From positions 1 through 39,783 of the forward strand of contig QIDW01000288.1 of NCBI GenBank assembly GCA_003230435.1: 39,783 nucleotides of DNA, given 5' to 3'. The notes under the pieces are model-generated. The model worked only from the letters and a program-made list of their open reading frames with translations. It had not been told where the DNA came from and did no database searches. The stretch comes from Acidimicrobiia bacterium. Lineage in GTDB: Bacteria > Actinomycetota > Acidimicrobiia > Spongiisociales > ZC4RG35. Position numbers and translations under genes: made by a program. Below, in pieces: positions 19,103-29,301 of the stretch; within the stretch, counting starts at the first letter, position 1, and each line of letters starts with the position of its first letter.

Positions 19103-19567
19103 ATGAGCGTGTTCCTGGCTGACGAGCAGTCCGAGGAAATCGGGCTTTCCGACCTGCGAAGCCTCGCCGAGATGGTTCTCACGGAAGAGGGGTATCCGGA
19201 CGATACCGAGGTCACCATCCTCCTCATTGACGAACAGGAGATGTCGGAATACAACGAGCGATTCTTGAATCGCTCGGGGCCTACCGACGTCCTGGCGTTC
19301 CCTGTCGAGGACCTGCTGCCCGGAATCGTCCCCGAGCATGATCCCCACGGCCCACCGCTGATGATCGGTGACGTGATTGTGGCACCGGCCTACATCCGCC
19401 GGCAGGCCACTGAGAACGACGTGGCGTTTGAGGACGAGATGGCGTTGATGGTGACTCACGGCGTTCTTCATCTCATCGGCTATGACCACATGGTCGACGA
19501 AGACGCTGAGCGAATGGAACAAAGGGAGCGAGACCTCCTTGCCAAGGTCGGGAAAGCACGACGATGA
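19103..19567 (+). CDS. ybeY: Endoribonuclease YbeY (rRNA maturation)
   Basis: HGVLHLIGYDH is the zinc-binding motif. The size of 154 aa fits the family. Confidence 0.92.
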   Translation: MSVFLADEQSEEIGLSDLRSLAEMVLTEEGYPDDTEVTILLIDEQEMSEYNERFLNRSGPTDVLAFPVEDLLPGIVPEHDPHGPPLMIGDVIVAPAYIRRQATENDVAFEDEMALMVTHGVLHLIGYDHMVDEDAERMEQRERDLLAKVGKARR

Positions 19568-20748
19568 CGATTGCCGTACTCCTTGTGGCTGTGGTGCTGC
19601 TTCTGCTTGCCTTCTGGATCAGGGCTGCCGGCACTGCGGTGACGAGAGTGCCGAGGGCGGATGCTCTGCGTGATGCCTCGGACGGCACCAAAGGAGCGGA
19701 AGCTGTCGCCGACATGCTCGACGAGCGTGAAGTGATCTCGCCCGCGATCGGGGTTGTGGCTTCGGCCCTGCTGATTCTTGGCTCCGTGCTCGCCACAGCG
19801 GCCCTGGTCGTTGGTCGGTCTTCTGGAGTCGCCCTGCTCTACGCCCTGGGTGTCGGAGGTGCGGCGCTTCTCGTTGGTGACCTAGCCCCACGTCGTCTCG
19901 GAAGGTTGAAACCACGTCGTGTTGCCTACCTCTCGGCAAAGCTGTTGAGGTTCTCGGTTGGGTTGGGGGGATGGGCCAATGACCTGCTTCCCGAGCCCGA
20001 GCATGGCGACGATCACGACGACATCAGGAGCGAAGATGAGGCCGAAGAGCACGAACGCGAGTTGATCGACTCAGTTCTCGAGTTCAGCGAGACGATCGTG
20101 CGAGAAGTGATGACGCCGAGACCCGACATGGTCACCATCCCTGTAACGGCTCCGATCGAGAGGCTGATCGAGCTCTCCACCGAAGAGGGCTACTCGAGGC
20201 TTCCTGTCACATCCAACGGGGACGTTGTTGGACAGGTAATCGTGAAGAATCTCCTGTCGATGCTGACTGACGAGAATCGCCCGCGGACGGTCGCCCAGGT
20301 GATGAGGCCGGTTGAATTCGTCCCAGAAACCAAACATGCGTCGTCTCTGCTGGCAGAGATGCAGGAGAGCCACACCCACCAGTTGATCGTTGTTGACGAG
20401 TACGGCGATGTTGCCGGTCTGGTCACGATTGAGGATCTGCTCGAAGAGCTTGTCGGTGAGATCGCAGATGAGACCGACCTCGAGGAGAGCCTGATTTCAC
20501 GAACAGACGAAGGCTGGGATGTTGACGCTCGTCTGCCGGTGGATGATCTCGTCAAGGCCACCGGAGTGGATTTGCCAGATGAGGAGTGGGATACGGTGGG
20601 TGGTTTGGTCCTTGGTCTCGCAGAGAGAATTCCGGAGGAAGGCGAGGTGTTCGCGTTCGAAAAGTTGATTCTGCGGGTTAGCCGGATGCAAGGTCGGCGA
20701 GTCTCTGAAGTCAATGTGACGCTGGCAGGTCGGATCGAGGCTGTGTGA
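19564..20748 (+). CDS. CNNM/CorC-type membrane protein (DUF21 - CBS pair - CorC_HlyC)
   Basis: N-terminal TM helices are followed by a CBS region (VMTPRPDMVTIP...IVVDEYGDVAGLVTIEDLLEELVGEI) and a C-terminal transporter-associated domain. There is an ATGA overlap with ybeY. Confidence 0.85.
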   Translation: MTIAVLLVAVVLLLLAFWIRAAGTAVTRVPRADALRDASDGTKGAEAVADMLDEREVISPAIGVVASALLILGSVLATAALVVGRSSGVALLYALGVGGAALLVGDLAPRRLGRLKPRRVAYLSAKLLRFSVGLGGWANDLLPEPEHGDDHDDIRSEDEAEEHERELIDSVLEFSETIVREVMTPRPDMVTIPVTAPIERLIELSTEEGYSRLPVTSNGDVVGQVIVKNLLSMLTDENRPRTVAQVMRPVEFVPETKHASSLLAEMQESHTHQLIVVDEYGDVAGLVTIEDLLEELVGEIADETDLEESLISRTDEGWDVDARLPVDDLVKATGVDLPDEEWDTVGGLVLGLAERIPEEGEVFAFEKLILRVSRMQGRRVSEVNVTLAGRIEAV

Positions 20749-21641
20749 AGTCGGGATTCGTAGTGGTTGTCGGACGTCCCAACGTGGGCAAGTCGACTCT
20801 GGTCAACCGAATGGTTGGATCGAAGGTGGCAATCACGTCTTCCCGGCCACAAACCACTCGTAACGCCATCCGGGGAGTGGTTACGGACTCGGACGAGGTT
20901 GACCCCGATTTCCAGATCGTTCTTGTGGACACGCCGGGTCTTCACAAACCGAAGACCGAACTAGGTACCCGGCTCAACTCGCTGGTATATGGGACTCTGG
21001 CTGACGCCGACGTTGTCCTGTTCCTCATTGACGCCACTATGCCGATAGGCCCTGGTGATCGACTCATCGCCGAGCGCCTGGTCGAGGCCAATGCGGACGT
21101 CGTTGTTGGGGTCAATAAGATCGACAAGGCCTCCCGGCAGGCAACGATGGCGCAATTGATCGAGGCGGCCGAATGGTCTTTCAAGGACATATACCCCGTG
21201 TCGGCGATCAAGGGTGACGGGGTGGCCGAGCTCGTAGAGGAGCTGGTCCGCCGGCTTCCTGAAGGACCCCGGTATTACCCGGAGGGCATGAAGACCGACC
21301 AGCCGGAGAACCTCGTCATCGCAGAGATTGTGCGAGAGAAATTCCTCGGTCGTCTCAGAGAGGAGCTTCCGCATGCCCTGACTGTCCGCATAGAGGAGAT
21401 GGACCAGCGGGAGAGTGGCCTAATCGACATATCAGCCGATGTAATCGTTGAGAGGAAAAGCCAGAAGGGGATCGTCATCGGAAAAGGAGGATCCCTACTT
21501 CAAATGGCGGGCACCGAGGCGAGAGCCGAATTGGAGACGATTCTCGGAAACAAAGTGAATCTCATGCTGCATGTCGTGGTCGAAAAAGACTGGCAGAGAC
21601 GTCCCCAACTTCTCGATCGATTGGGTTTCGACAAGGCCTGA
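20745..21641 (+). CDS. era: GTPase Era
   Basis: G1 GRPNVGKSTL, G3 DTPG and G4 NKID motifs, plus a C-terminal KH domain (VERKSQKGIVIGKGG). There is a GTGA overlap with the previous gene. Confidence 0.95.
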   Translation: MKSGFVVVVGRPNVGKSTLVNRMVGSKVAITSSRPQTTRNAIRGVVTDSDEVDPDFQIVLVDTPGLHKPKTELGTRLNSLVYGTLADADVVLFLIDATMPIGPGDRLIAERLVEANADVVVGVNKIDKASRQATMAQLIEAAEWSFKDIYPVSAIKGDGVAELVEELVRRLPEGPRYYPEGMKTDQPENLVIAEIVREKFLGRLREELPHALTVRIEEMDQRESGLIDISADVIVERKSQKGIVIGKGGSLLQMAGTEARAELETILGNKVNLMLHVVVEKDWQRRPQLLDRLGFDKA

Positions 21642-21666
21642 GCGGCGGAACCACTAGCGTCGCGGT

Positions 21667-22455
21667 ATGGATCAGAGCCGCTACCAATTTCTGCAACTGG
21701 ACCAACATCCCGATGGCGTGCTGGTCGTGACTTTCGACAATCCGAGCAAACTCAACGCCGTTACAGAGAGAGGCCACTCGGAGTTGGTTGAGATTTGGCC
21801 AGAAGTCGACGCTGATCCAGATGTGAGAGTTGTTTTGTTGCGTGGTGAGGGGCGTGCGTTTTCTGCCGGTGGTGACTTCGAGATGATTGAAAACATCGCC
21901 AGCGACCCCGAAACTCATCGCCGTGTTCTCAAGGAGACACGAGAGTTGGTCCGAAACATCATCGAGTGCTCTAAACCGATCATTTCGGCTATCAATGGCC
22001 CAGCGGTGGGAGCAGGTCTAGCGGCGGGGCTCCTGGCCGACATTCCGGTGGCTGCCAGGTCGGCCCGCATACTCGACGGTCACACCAAGATCGGCGTGAC
22101 CGCCGGAGACCATGCCGCTGTGATCTGGCCCCTGTTGATGGGGATGGCCAAGGCCAAGTACTACCTCCTCACCAATCACCCGATCGATGGGACCGAGGCC
22201 GAGCGAATCGGGCTGGTGGCGCGGGTGGTCGAAGACGACGAGCTGCAGTCTTACACCGAGGCCCTGGCATCGGAGTTGGCTTCGGGGCCTCAGGAGGCAA
22301 TCCGGTGGACCAAACACACACTCAACCACTGGCTGCGGATGGCCTATCCGATCTTTGACGCATCCGTCGCCTACGAATTCCTCGGGTTCAACGGCCCTGA
22401 TGCTGTCGAGGGTGTCGCCGCGATGAGAGAGAAGAGGAAACCCGAGTTCCGTTGA
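21667..22455 (+). CDS. Enoyl-CoA hydratase/isomerase (crotonase) family protein
   Basis: LNAVT...VRVVLLRGEGRAFSAGGDF...INGPAVGAGL are crotonase-fold signatures. Confidence 0.85.
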   Translation: MDQSRYQFLQLDQHPDGVLVVTFDNPSKLNAVTERGHSELVEIWPEVDADPDVRVVLLRGEGRAFSAGGDFEMIENIASDPETHRRVLKETRELVRNIIECSKPIISAINGPAVGAGLAAGLLADIPVAARSARILDGHTKIGVTAGDHAAVIWPLLMGMAKAKYYLLTNHPIDGTEAERIGLVARVVEDDELQSYTEALASELASGPQEAIRWTKHTLNHWLRMAYPIFDASVAYEFLGFNGPDAVEGVAAMREKRKPEFR

Positions 22456-22473
22456 CCCGAAGATGAGCTGATT

Positions 22474-22491
22474 CGGCTCACATGTGAGCCG
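22474..22491. terminator. Perfect 18-nt palindrome CGGCTCACA/TGTGAGCCG between convergent genes (candidate bidirectional terminator hairpin)
   Basis: Read directly from the sequence. It sits between the hydratase stop (22455) and the dehydratase stop (22509). There is no clear U-tract on either side. Confidence 0.4.
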
Positions 22492-22508
22492 GAGAAGCCG
22501 AGGTTCGC

Positions 22509-22787
22509 CTATTTCAGGGAGTCGGCGGCGTTGGCGAGGTCGAGGTCTTTGACCGTTAGGCCGCCTTCGGAGTGGGTGGAGAGGGTGAGGGTCACCTTGT
22601 TCCAGCGGATGTCGATGTCGGGGTGATGGTCGGCCTTCTCGGCCTCCAGCGCAATCCGGGTCACGAAACCCATCGACTCGTTGAAGTCCTTGAAAGTGAA
22701 CATTCCGGTGATCTCGTTTCCCGACCTCGACCAGTCAGGGTGCGATTCGAGGAAAGCTTCGATCTCGTGGTCGACGACGAGTGTCAT
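22509..22787 (-). CDS. 4a-hydroxytetrahydrobiopterin (pterin-4a-carbinolamine) dehydratase
   Basis: 92 aa. FKDFNESMGFVTRIALEAEKADHHPDIDIRWNKVTLTLSTH is the PCD/DCoH signature. Confidence 0.88.
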   Translation of the reverse strand: MTLVVDHEIEAFLESHPDWSRSGNEITGMFTFKDFNESMGFVTRIALEAEKADHHPDIDIRWNKVTLTLSTHSEGGLTVKDLDLANAADSLK

Positions 22788-22828
22788 GCCGCGAGCCTAC
22801 GCCTGTCGCTCGATACGCTGGGGCCTTC

Positions 22829-23545
22829 ATGGCAATCCGTCACGATCAAGCGATAGTTCTGCGGTCCTACCCATTCGGAGAGGCCGACCGTGTAGTGGTC
22901 CTTCTCAGCCCCAACAACGGCAAGATCCGGACCGTTGCAAAAGGGGTGCGCAAGACAAAGAGCAGGTTTGGCGGTCGTCTCGAACCCTTCACCCATGTTG
23001 ACCTGGTTCTCTATGAGGGTCGCAATCTCGACACCATCACCCAGGTGGCTGTACTCGAGCCTTTTCCGAGACTCCGATCGGATCTCGACGCGGTGTTAGC
23101 AGCAGGGACGATGGTCGAGGCCGCTGACGCGGTGGCCCAGGAAGAAGAGTCTTCGATTCGGCTGTTTCTTCTGCTTCAGCGAGGTCTCAAGGCTCTTGAG
23201 GCGGGGGAGCGGGGCAAGGATCTGATCACGAGTTTCCTTCTCAAGCTGGCCGATGTTGTTGGAGTGGCGCCCTCCCTTACCCAGTGTGCTTCTTGTGGGC
23301 GTCTCCAAGACCTACACCGTTTCTCTTTCGGAGGCGGTGGTGCGATCTGTGACCGGTGCCGGGTTGAGGGGGCGGTGAGACTCCGGGATGGGATTACGGA
23401 CTATCTCGCTGCCCTGGCCGACGCCGAGCTCATGTCGTTGCCACCCGGGGACGACAGCCTCTCCGGAGAGGCAATGGGGATTGCTCGCCGCTTCGTCGAA
23501 TACCACCTGGATCGCAAACTTTCTTCGCTGACGGTCATGGAATGA
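22829..23545 (+). CDS. recO: DNA repair protein RecO
   Basis: Internal ATG at 22829. AIVLRSYPFGEADRVVVLLSPNNGKIRTVAKGVRK is the OB-fold N-terminus. The zinc motif CASCGR...CDRC is present. The position after era matches conserved synteny. Confidence 0.9.
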   Translation: MAIRHDQAIVLRSYPFGEADRVVVLLSPNNGKIRTVAKGVRKTKSRFGGRLEPFTHVDLVLYEGRNLDTITQVAVLEPFPRLRSDLDAVLAAGTMVEAADAVAQEEESSIRLFLLLQRGLKALEAGERGKDLITSFLLKLADVVGVAPSLTQCASCGRLQDLHRFSFGGGGAICDRCRVEGAVRLRDGITDYLAALADAELMSLPPGDDSLSGEAMGIARRFVEYHLDRKLSSLTVME

Positions 23546-24309
23546 GTGACCAACCACTTGACACAGGACGGCTCGATCCGAATCTCATACCGAGCCATGT
23601 TGGCCTCATCCTCGATGGCAATGGCCGTTGGGCCAACGCACGTGGACTTCCCAGGACTGCCGGGCACCTCGCCGGTGAAGAGGCATTGTTCGACACGGTG
23701 GAAGGTGCGGTTGAGATAGGAATCAAATGGTTGACAGCGTTCACCTTTTCCACCGAGAACTGGTCGAGGTCTGATGACGAGGTCGAATTCCTCATGTGGT
23801 TCAACGAGGACCTTCTCCTGAGACGCCGGGACGACCTCAACGCTCAGGGTGTCCGCATGTGGTTCGCCGGCGACATGGCAGATCCGCGCATCCCCGATCG
23901 GAATCGGGAGCATATGGCTGATGCCGAAGAGAAAACGAGAGAGAACGATGTTATGAATCTCGTGTTCGCTTTCAACTACGGCGCCAGACGGGAGATCGTC
24001 GAAAGCGCCCGGACGCTTGCTTCACGTGCAGCATCAGGAGACCTTCGAATCGACGACATCGACGAGGACGCGCTGCAAAGTGCTCTCTACATTTCTGAGA
24101 TGCCGGACGTCGATCTAATCATCCGCTCATCCGGCGAGCACCGGATTTCCAACTTCCTGTTGTGGCAGGCGGCCTACGCCGAGTTCTATTTCCCTGGCAT
24201 CTTGTGGCCGGACTTCGACCGTCATGCCCTTCTCGACGCCGTTGTCGAGTACCAGGCGAGAGACCGGAGATTCGGGGCGGCCGACGACAAACCAGACCCA
24301 TCAGATTGA
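23542..24309 (+). CDS. uppS: cis-prenyltransferase (undecaprenyl/decaprenyl diphosphate synthase family)
   Basis: HVGLILDGNGRWA, FSTENWSR and RSSGEHRISNFLLWQAAYAEF are present. There is an ATGA overlap with recO. Confidence 0.92.
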   Translation: MSDQPLDTGRLDPNLIPSHVGLILDGNGRWANARGLPRTAGHLAGEEALFDTVEGAVEIGIKWLTAFTFSTENWSRSDDEVEFLMWFNEDLLLRRRDDLNAQGVRMWFAGDMADPRIPDRNREHMADAEEKTRENDVMNLVFAFNYGARREIVESARTLASRAASGDLRIDDIDEDALQSALYISEMPDVDLIIRSSGEHRISNFLLWQAAYAEFYFPGILWPDFDRHALLDAVVEYQARDRRFGAADDKPDPSD

Positions 24310-24348
24310 CTAGTCAAGCCAACTAGTGTCCCGAGTCGCAGGCGACGC

Positions 24349-25656
24349 ATGACAGAAGTAACCCTCGACACCATCTCCAACCTCGCAAAGAAGCGAGGTT
24401 TTGTCTTTCAGTCATCCGAGATCTATGGCGGGCTGAAGTCCGCGTACGACTACGGACCACTGGGTGTTGAGCTTCTGCGCAACGTCAAAACCGAATGGTG
24501 GCGGACGATGGTCCAGGAGCGCTCCGACATCGTCGGGCTTGACTCCGCAGTCCTACAGGCTCGCCAGGTATGGCAGGCCTCGGGTCACGAGGAAGTGTTC
24601 ACCGATCCGATGGTCGAATGCCGCAACTGCAACAGCCGTCACCGTCTCGACAAACTCGACGATCCCGATCGATGCCCCACCTGCGGTAAAACCGGGGAGT
24701 TCACCGAGCCACGGCAGTTCAACCTGATGTTCCGCACCCACATGGGGCCTGTCGACTCGGACGAGAACATGGTGTACCTGCGCCCTGAGACGGCTCAGGG
24801 GATCTTCATCAACTTCGAGAACGTGAGACGGACCAACAGACTGAAGCTGCCGTTCGGGATTGCGCAGATCGGAAAGTCATTCCGCAATGAGATCACGCCT
24901 GGCCAGTTCGTCTTCAGGACCAGGGAGTTTGAGCAGATGGAGATGGAGTTCTTCTGTCGGCCCGGTGAGGACGGCGAATGGTTCCAATATTGGGTCGACA
25001 GGCGGTTCCAGTGGTACATCGATCTCGGGATGAGCCCCGACAACATGAGGCTTCGTCATCACGACACGGACGAGCTGAGCCATTACTCAACTGGCACCGC
25101 AGACGTCGAGTACCTGTTTCCATGGGGATGGGACGAGCTCGAAGGGATAGCAAACCGCACCGACTTCGACCTCAGACAGCACAGCGAGCACTCCGGTGAG
25201 GATCTCCGGTATTTCGATCAGGAGAACAACGAGCGGTTCTTCCCATATGTGATCGAGCCGGCGGCTGGAGCCACCCGGACCACGTTCGCTTTTCTGATCG
25301 ACGGCTACACCGAGGAGATGGTCAATGACGAGACCCGGGTGGTGATGAAGCTCCATCACCGACTCGCCCCTTACAAAATCGCCGTTCTCCCGCTGTCGAA
25401 GAAACCGGAACTGATCGAGCCGGCGGAGAGAGTGGCCGCCGAGTTGCGAAGGAAATGGATGATCGAATTGGACGTCACCCAATCGATCGGCCGCCGCTAT
25501 CGGCGACAGGACGAGATCGGCACTCCGTTCTGCGTGACGATCGACTTCGAATCCCTCGAAGACCAGGCGGCGACTGTCAGGGACCGTGACACGATGGCCC
25601 AGGAGCGCGTTTCGATGGGTGGGCTTGCGGATTACTTGGGCGCCAAACTCACCTGA
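24349..25656 (+). CDS. glyQS: Glycine--tRNA ligase (homodimeric class II type)
   Basis: [45 protein letters not shown] and FRNEITP are GlyRS alpha2-type motifs. Confidence 0.93.
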   Translation: MTEVTLDTISNLAKKRGFVFQSSEIYGGLKSAYDYGPLGVELLRNVKTEWWRTMVQERSDIVGLDSAVLQARQVWQASGHEEVFTDPMVECRNCNSRHRLDKLDDPDRCPTCGKTGEFTEPRQFNLMFRTHMGPVDSDENMVYLRPETAQGIFINFENVRRTNRLKLPFGIAQIGKSFRNEITPGQFVFRTREFEQMEMEFFCRPGEDGEWFQYWVDRRFQWYIDLGMSPDNMRLRHHDTDELSHYSTGTADVEYLFPWGWDELEGIANRTDFDLRQHSEHSGEDLRYFDQENNERFFPYVIEPAAGATRTTFAFLIDGYTEEMVNDETRVVMKLHHRLAPYKIAVLPLSKKPELIEPAERVAAELRRKWMIELDVTQSIGRRYRRQDEIGTPFCVTIDFESLEDQAATVRDRDTMAQERVSMGGLADYLGAKLT

Positions 25657-25707
25657 GCTTTACCACAGTTTCACATTCTCCTGCCAGGCTTTTGGGCAGG
25701 TGGTCAC

Positions 25708-26409
25708 GTGAATCGTTCAGTCATCGGGTGGATTGTTGCGTTTATCCTGGCTATTGCTGGGTCAGCCCTGGCGTGGGTTTGGTATGCCGGGGGCTCGGGT
25801 GAACCCTCCACCGCGCTGACGACGCCGACCATTGTCGCCGCACCCACAGCAGAAACGGTGGGCACCGCCAAGACCTATGTGATCGACTCTTCACAAAGTT
25901 TCGCCGGCTTCGAAATCGACGAAATTCTTCGGGGGTCACCGAACCGTGTGTTTGGGGAGACCGACCAGGTGGCCGGTCAGATTCAGATCGACCTGGCCGA
26001 TTTGAGTGCGATCCAGTTTTCACAGATCGTTATCAACGTCAGGACCTTCACAACTGACTCCGAGCGACGCGACCGGGCGATCAGGGGCCCGATCATCCTC
26101 AACTCGGCCAGCGATGAGTTCGAGTTCATCACCCTCGACGTCAGCCCGGCGACCGGACTGAGCGGCTCGGTCGAGCCTGGTGATGTGCTGACCTTCTCGC
26201 TGACCGGAGACCTCAGCATCAAGGGAGTCACCAACGAGGTCACCTTTGATGTATTCGCGACTCTCTCAGATGAGTCGACCATTGAGGGTTCGGTCACGGC
26301 AACTGTGTTGCGCTCTGACTATGGCATTGGGATCCCCACCGTCCCCGGGGTCGCCGACGTCAGCGACGAAGTTGCTCTCGACCTCAGGTTTGTCGCTGTG
26401 GCCGGTTGA
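25708..26409 (+). CDS. YceI-like (polyisoprenoid-binding) protein with N-terminal membrane anchor
   Basis: YVIDSSQSFAGFEIDE...GETDQVAGQIQID...GDLSIKGVTNEVTFDV follows the YceI beta-barrel pattern. A TM helix is present at the N-terminus. Confidence 0.75.
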   Translation: MNRSVIGWIVAFILAIAGSALAWVWYAGGSGEPSTALTTPTIVAAPTAETVGTAKTYVIDSSQSFAGFEIDEILRGSPNRVFGETDQVAGQIQIDLADLSAIQFSQIVINVRTFTTDSERRDRAIRGPIILNSASDEFEFITLDVSPATGLSGSVEPGDVLTFSLTGDLSIKGVTNEVTFDVFATLSDESTIEGSVTATVLRSDYGIGIPTVPGVADVSDEVALDLRFVAVAG

Positions 26410-26483
26410 GCAAATATGATCAGTGGTGATGACAAGACCGAGGAGACATCGATCGTGTCCGCGAGGCGACCGACCTCGTTGAG

Positions 26484-28172
26484 TTGATCTCCGAAGTGAC
26501 CAAGGTGAAAAAGTCCGGCCGATCGGTGATGGCTGTCTGCCCGTTTCACGAAGAGAAGACGCCTTCGATGTCGGTCGACCGGGTACGCGGTCTCTATCAC
26601 TGCTTCGGTTGTGGCGAGGGGGGAGATGTCTTCTCTTTTGTCCAGAAAACACAGGGCGTCGATTTCCCCGATGCCCTGGAAATGCTTGCCCGCAAGGCCG
26701 GCATCACACTGGTCCGGGATCCCGACGCCGCCCGGAAGCGGGGGAGAAGAGAGGCAGCGGTTGAGGCGATCAGGCAAGCTGTTGACGTCTATCACACACG
26801 GCTGAAGAAGTCCGGGGAGGCTGGCCAGGCTCGGGCCTACTTGCGAGGCCGCGGCTACGACGTCGATCTGATCGATGAGTGGAAGATGGGTTTTGCCGGG
26901 CTCGACTGGGACACACTCACCAAGGCCCTGAAGGCCGCCGGCGTGGATGATCGGGCACTGCTGGACGGGGGACTGGCCCGTCGGGGAAGACAGGGCCTGT
27001 ACGACGTGTTTCGTGGACGACTGATGTTTCCCATCCACGACGTTCGGGGCGACCCCATCGGGTTTGGCGGCCGTCTCGTAGTCGACGTTGACCGGGACTC
27101 CACCAACAATCCTGATGCCAAATACGTGAATTCGGCTGAGTCGATCGTCTATCACAAGGCCAACGTCCTCTTCGCTCTCAACCGGGCCCGCACGGCCATT
27201 GCTGCGGAAGGCAAGGCCGTGATCGTTGAGGGTTATACCGATGTCATTGCCATGCACCAGGCGGGGATCAACACCGCGGTGGCAACCTGCGGCACTGCTC
27301 TCGGCGACGGGCACTTCGACCTGCTTCGTCGCTTCAGCGAGAAGGTGGTGTTGGCGTTCGATTCCGACGAGGCTGGTGCCAAAGCCGCCCTTCGCAGCGA
27401 TGAGTTGGAGTCACCTTTCCGTCTTGATCTCGATCTGCGGGTTGCCGTCATGCCCGATGGTCTCGATCCCGCGGACTTAGTTCAGGAGGGACGCAGCGAG
27501 GAGCTCTTGAAGGCGGTCGATGAGGCTCGGCCTCTTCTCGAGCACCGGATCGAGCACGAGGTGGCGAAACACGATTTGAGCGGTCCCGAAGGCCGGGCCC
27601 GAGCACTCCATGCGGCTGCGGAACAAATGACTCGTGTCAATGACGAAATCGCCCGCCGGGAATACAGCCGCTTTGTGGCGCGTCTGATCGGAGTTGACCT
27701 ATCAACGGTCGACCAGGCAATCCGGAGCAGAAGACGTAGGGCTCCGGATGGCCCGAATCAACCCCAGCGACCGTTGGACCGAGCGGAATCCGAGTTGCTT
27801 CGTGTCATCTTGACCAACCCACCGGACATGGGCGAGATTTCGCCCGCCGACTTCCATGATGAGAGGCTCGGCGCTGCTTTCGCAGCGATTTCCGGCGAGC
27901 TCGCTACCACGGTGCCCGGGACACCGGTCAACATCTCCACCGTGTCAGATCCGGGTCTTCAGGGGCTTCTTCGGTCGTTGGTCCTGGACAGCCGGCCGCT
28001 ACCCAGATGGTCTGAGATGCAAAGGAGGGTGCGGGGGAGGCGGCTGGATACGGAGATCGCCGATATCGAAGGCCAGCTCGGCTCTCTGGGGATTGAAACA
28101 GAACACCATTCCGAAACACTCCGACGCTTGATAGCTTTACAGCGAGAGAAACGTTCTCTAGGCGAGACATGA
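26484..28172 (+). CDS. dnaG: DNA primase DnaG (5' end problematic; conserved in-frame sequence extends back to 26433)
   Basis: Zinc ribbon [13 protein letters not shown]...[11 protein letters not shown], and TOPRIM motifs VVEGYTDV / DSDEAG. The first canonical start is the TTG at 26484, but [14 protein letters not shown] immediately upstream is in frame and typical of DnaG. Confidence 0.9.
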   Translation: MISEVTKVKKSGRSVMAVCPFHEEKTPSMSVDRVRGLYHCFGCGEGGDVFSFVQKTQGVDFPDALEMLARKAGITLVRDPDAARKRGRREAAVEAIRQAVDVYHTRLKKSGEAGQARAYLRGRGYDVDLIDEWKMGFAGLDWDTLTKALKAAGVDDRALLDGGLARRGRQGLYDVFRGRLMFPIHDVRGDPIGFGGRLVVDVDRDSTNNPDAKYVNSAESIVYHKANVLFALNRARTAIAAEGKAVIVEGYTDVIAMHQAGINTAVATCGTALGDGHFDLLRRFSEKVVLAFDSDEAGAKAALRSDELESPFRLDLDLRVAVMPDGLDPADLVQEGRSEELLKAVDEARPLLEHRIEHEVAKHDLSGPEGRARALHAAAEQMTRVNDEIARREYSRFVARLIGVDLSTVDQAIRSRRRRAPDGPNQPQRPLDRAESELLRVILTNPPDMGEISPADFHDERLGAAFAAISGELATTVPGTPVNISTVSDPGLQGLLRSLVLDSRPLPRWSEMQRRVRGRRLDTEIADIEGQLGSLGIETEHHSETLRRLIALQREKRSLGET

Positions 28173-29299
28173 CCCAAGATCTGTCCAAAGTAACCACTGC
28201 CCTCATCAAGCGTGGCAACCATCGAAGCTTTCTCACGATGGCTGAGGTGCAACAGGAGCTGGAGGATATCGAGGCGCCCGGAGAGGCATTCGAGAAGGTC
28301 GCCGACGAGCTGCGGCTTAGGGGAATCCGTCTCGTGGAGGAAGGCCCAGCGGTGACCGAGGAGGTCATCGAGGTCAGTCAGATCTCGGTTTCCGATCCGG
28401 TGCGTCTCTATCTGAATGAGATTGGTCGATATCCGCTCCTCACCGCGCAACAGGAGGTGGAGTTGGCGATGCAGATGGAAGCTGGTCGCCGCGCCCTGGA
28501 ACGTCTTCATGGTGATGATCCGCTGGCCGATGAGGATCGTACTTTCCTGGACCACGAGGTCGACATGGGGGAGGCGGCCCACAAGCAGTTGGTCCAGTCG
28601 AACCTCCGGCTCGTGGTTGCCCTGGCCCGTCGTTATGTCGGGAGAGGCATGGCGCTGCTGGACCTCATCCAGGAGGGCAATGTCGGCCTGATGAGGGCTG
28701 TGGAACGGTTCGATTACCGGCGGGGTTTCAAGTTCTCCACCTACGCCACGTGGTGGATTCGCCAAGCGATCTCCCGAGCTATCGCCGATCAGGGCCGGAC
28801 GATTCGCATGCCAATTCACGTTCTCGACGCCGTCAACAAGCTCACCCGGACCCAGAGGGAGCTGACCCAGGTTCTCGGTCGGGCGCCCACCATCGATGAG
28901 CTGGCCGATGACCTCGATCTGGAGGTCACCAGAGTGGCCGAGCTCCGCCGCATCGCGCAGGACACCGTTTCGTTGGAGACACCGGTGGGAGAAGACGAAG
29001 ACGGGACACTTGGAGATCTTGTCGAGGATGTCGATTCGGAGAAGCCCGCCGACGTGGCTGCCTTCTCATCTCTGCAGGGTGAGTTGGCTCAGGCCCTGGA
29101 AGGCCTCAATGACCGGGAGCGTCAGGTTCTGATCATGCGGTTCGGGCTCGCCGACGGTCGGATGCGAACCCTCGAAGAGGTCGGTTCCCATTTCAATGTG
29201 ACGAGGGAGCGAATTCGACAGTTGGAGACGAAGGCTCTCGCCAAACTGAGGCACCCCGACAAGTCAGGCAAGCTCGAGGGGTTTCTCGAAAACTCCTAG
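28169..29299 (+). CDS. rpoD: Primary-type RNA polymerase sigma-70 factor (RpoD/SigA)
   Basis: [69 protein letters not shown] and [13 protein letters not shown] cover regions 1.2 to 4.2. There is an ATGA overlap with dnaG. Confidence 0.93.
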   Translation: MTQDLSKVTTALIKRGNHRSFLTMAEVQQELEDIEAPGEAFEKVADELRLRGIRLVEEGPAVTEEVIEVSQISVSDPVRLYLNEIGRYPLLTAQQEVELAMQMEAGRRALERLHGDDPLADEDRTFLDHEVDMGEAAHKQLVQSNLRLVVALARRYVGRGMALLDLIQEGNVGLMRAVERFDYRRGFKFSTYATWWIRQAISRAIADQGRTIRMPIHVLDAVNKLTRTQRELTQVLGRAPTIDELADDLDLEVTRVAELRRIAQDTVSLETPVGEDEDGTLGDLVEDVDSEKPADVAAFSSLQGELAQALEGLNDRERQVLIMRFGLADGRMRTLEEVGSHFNVTRERIRQLETKALAKLRHPDKSGKLEGFLENS

Positions 29300-29301
29300 A
29301 C

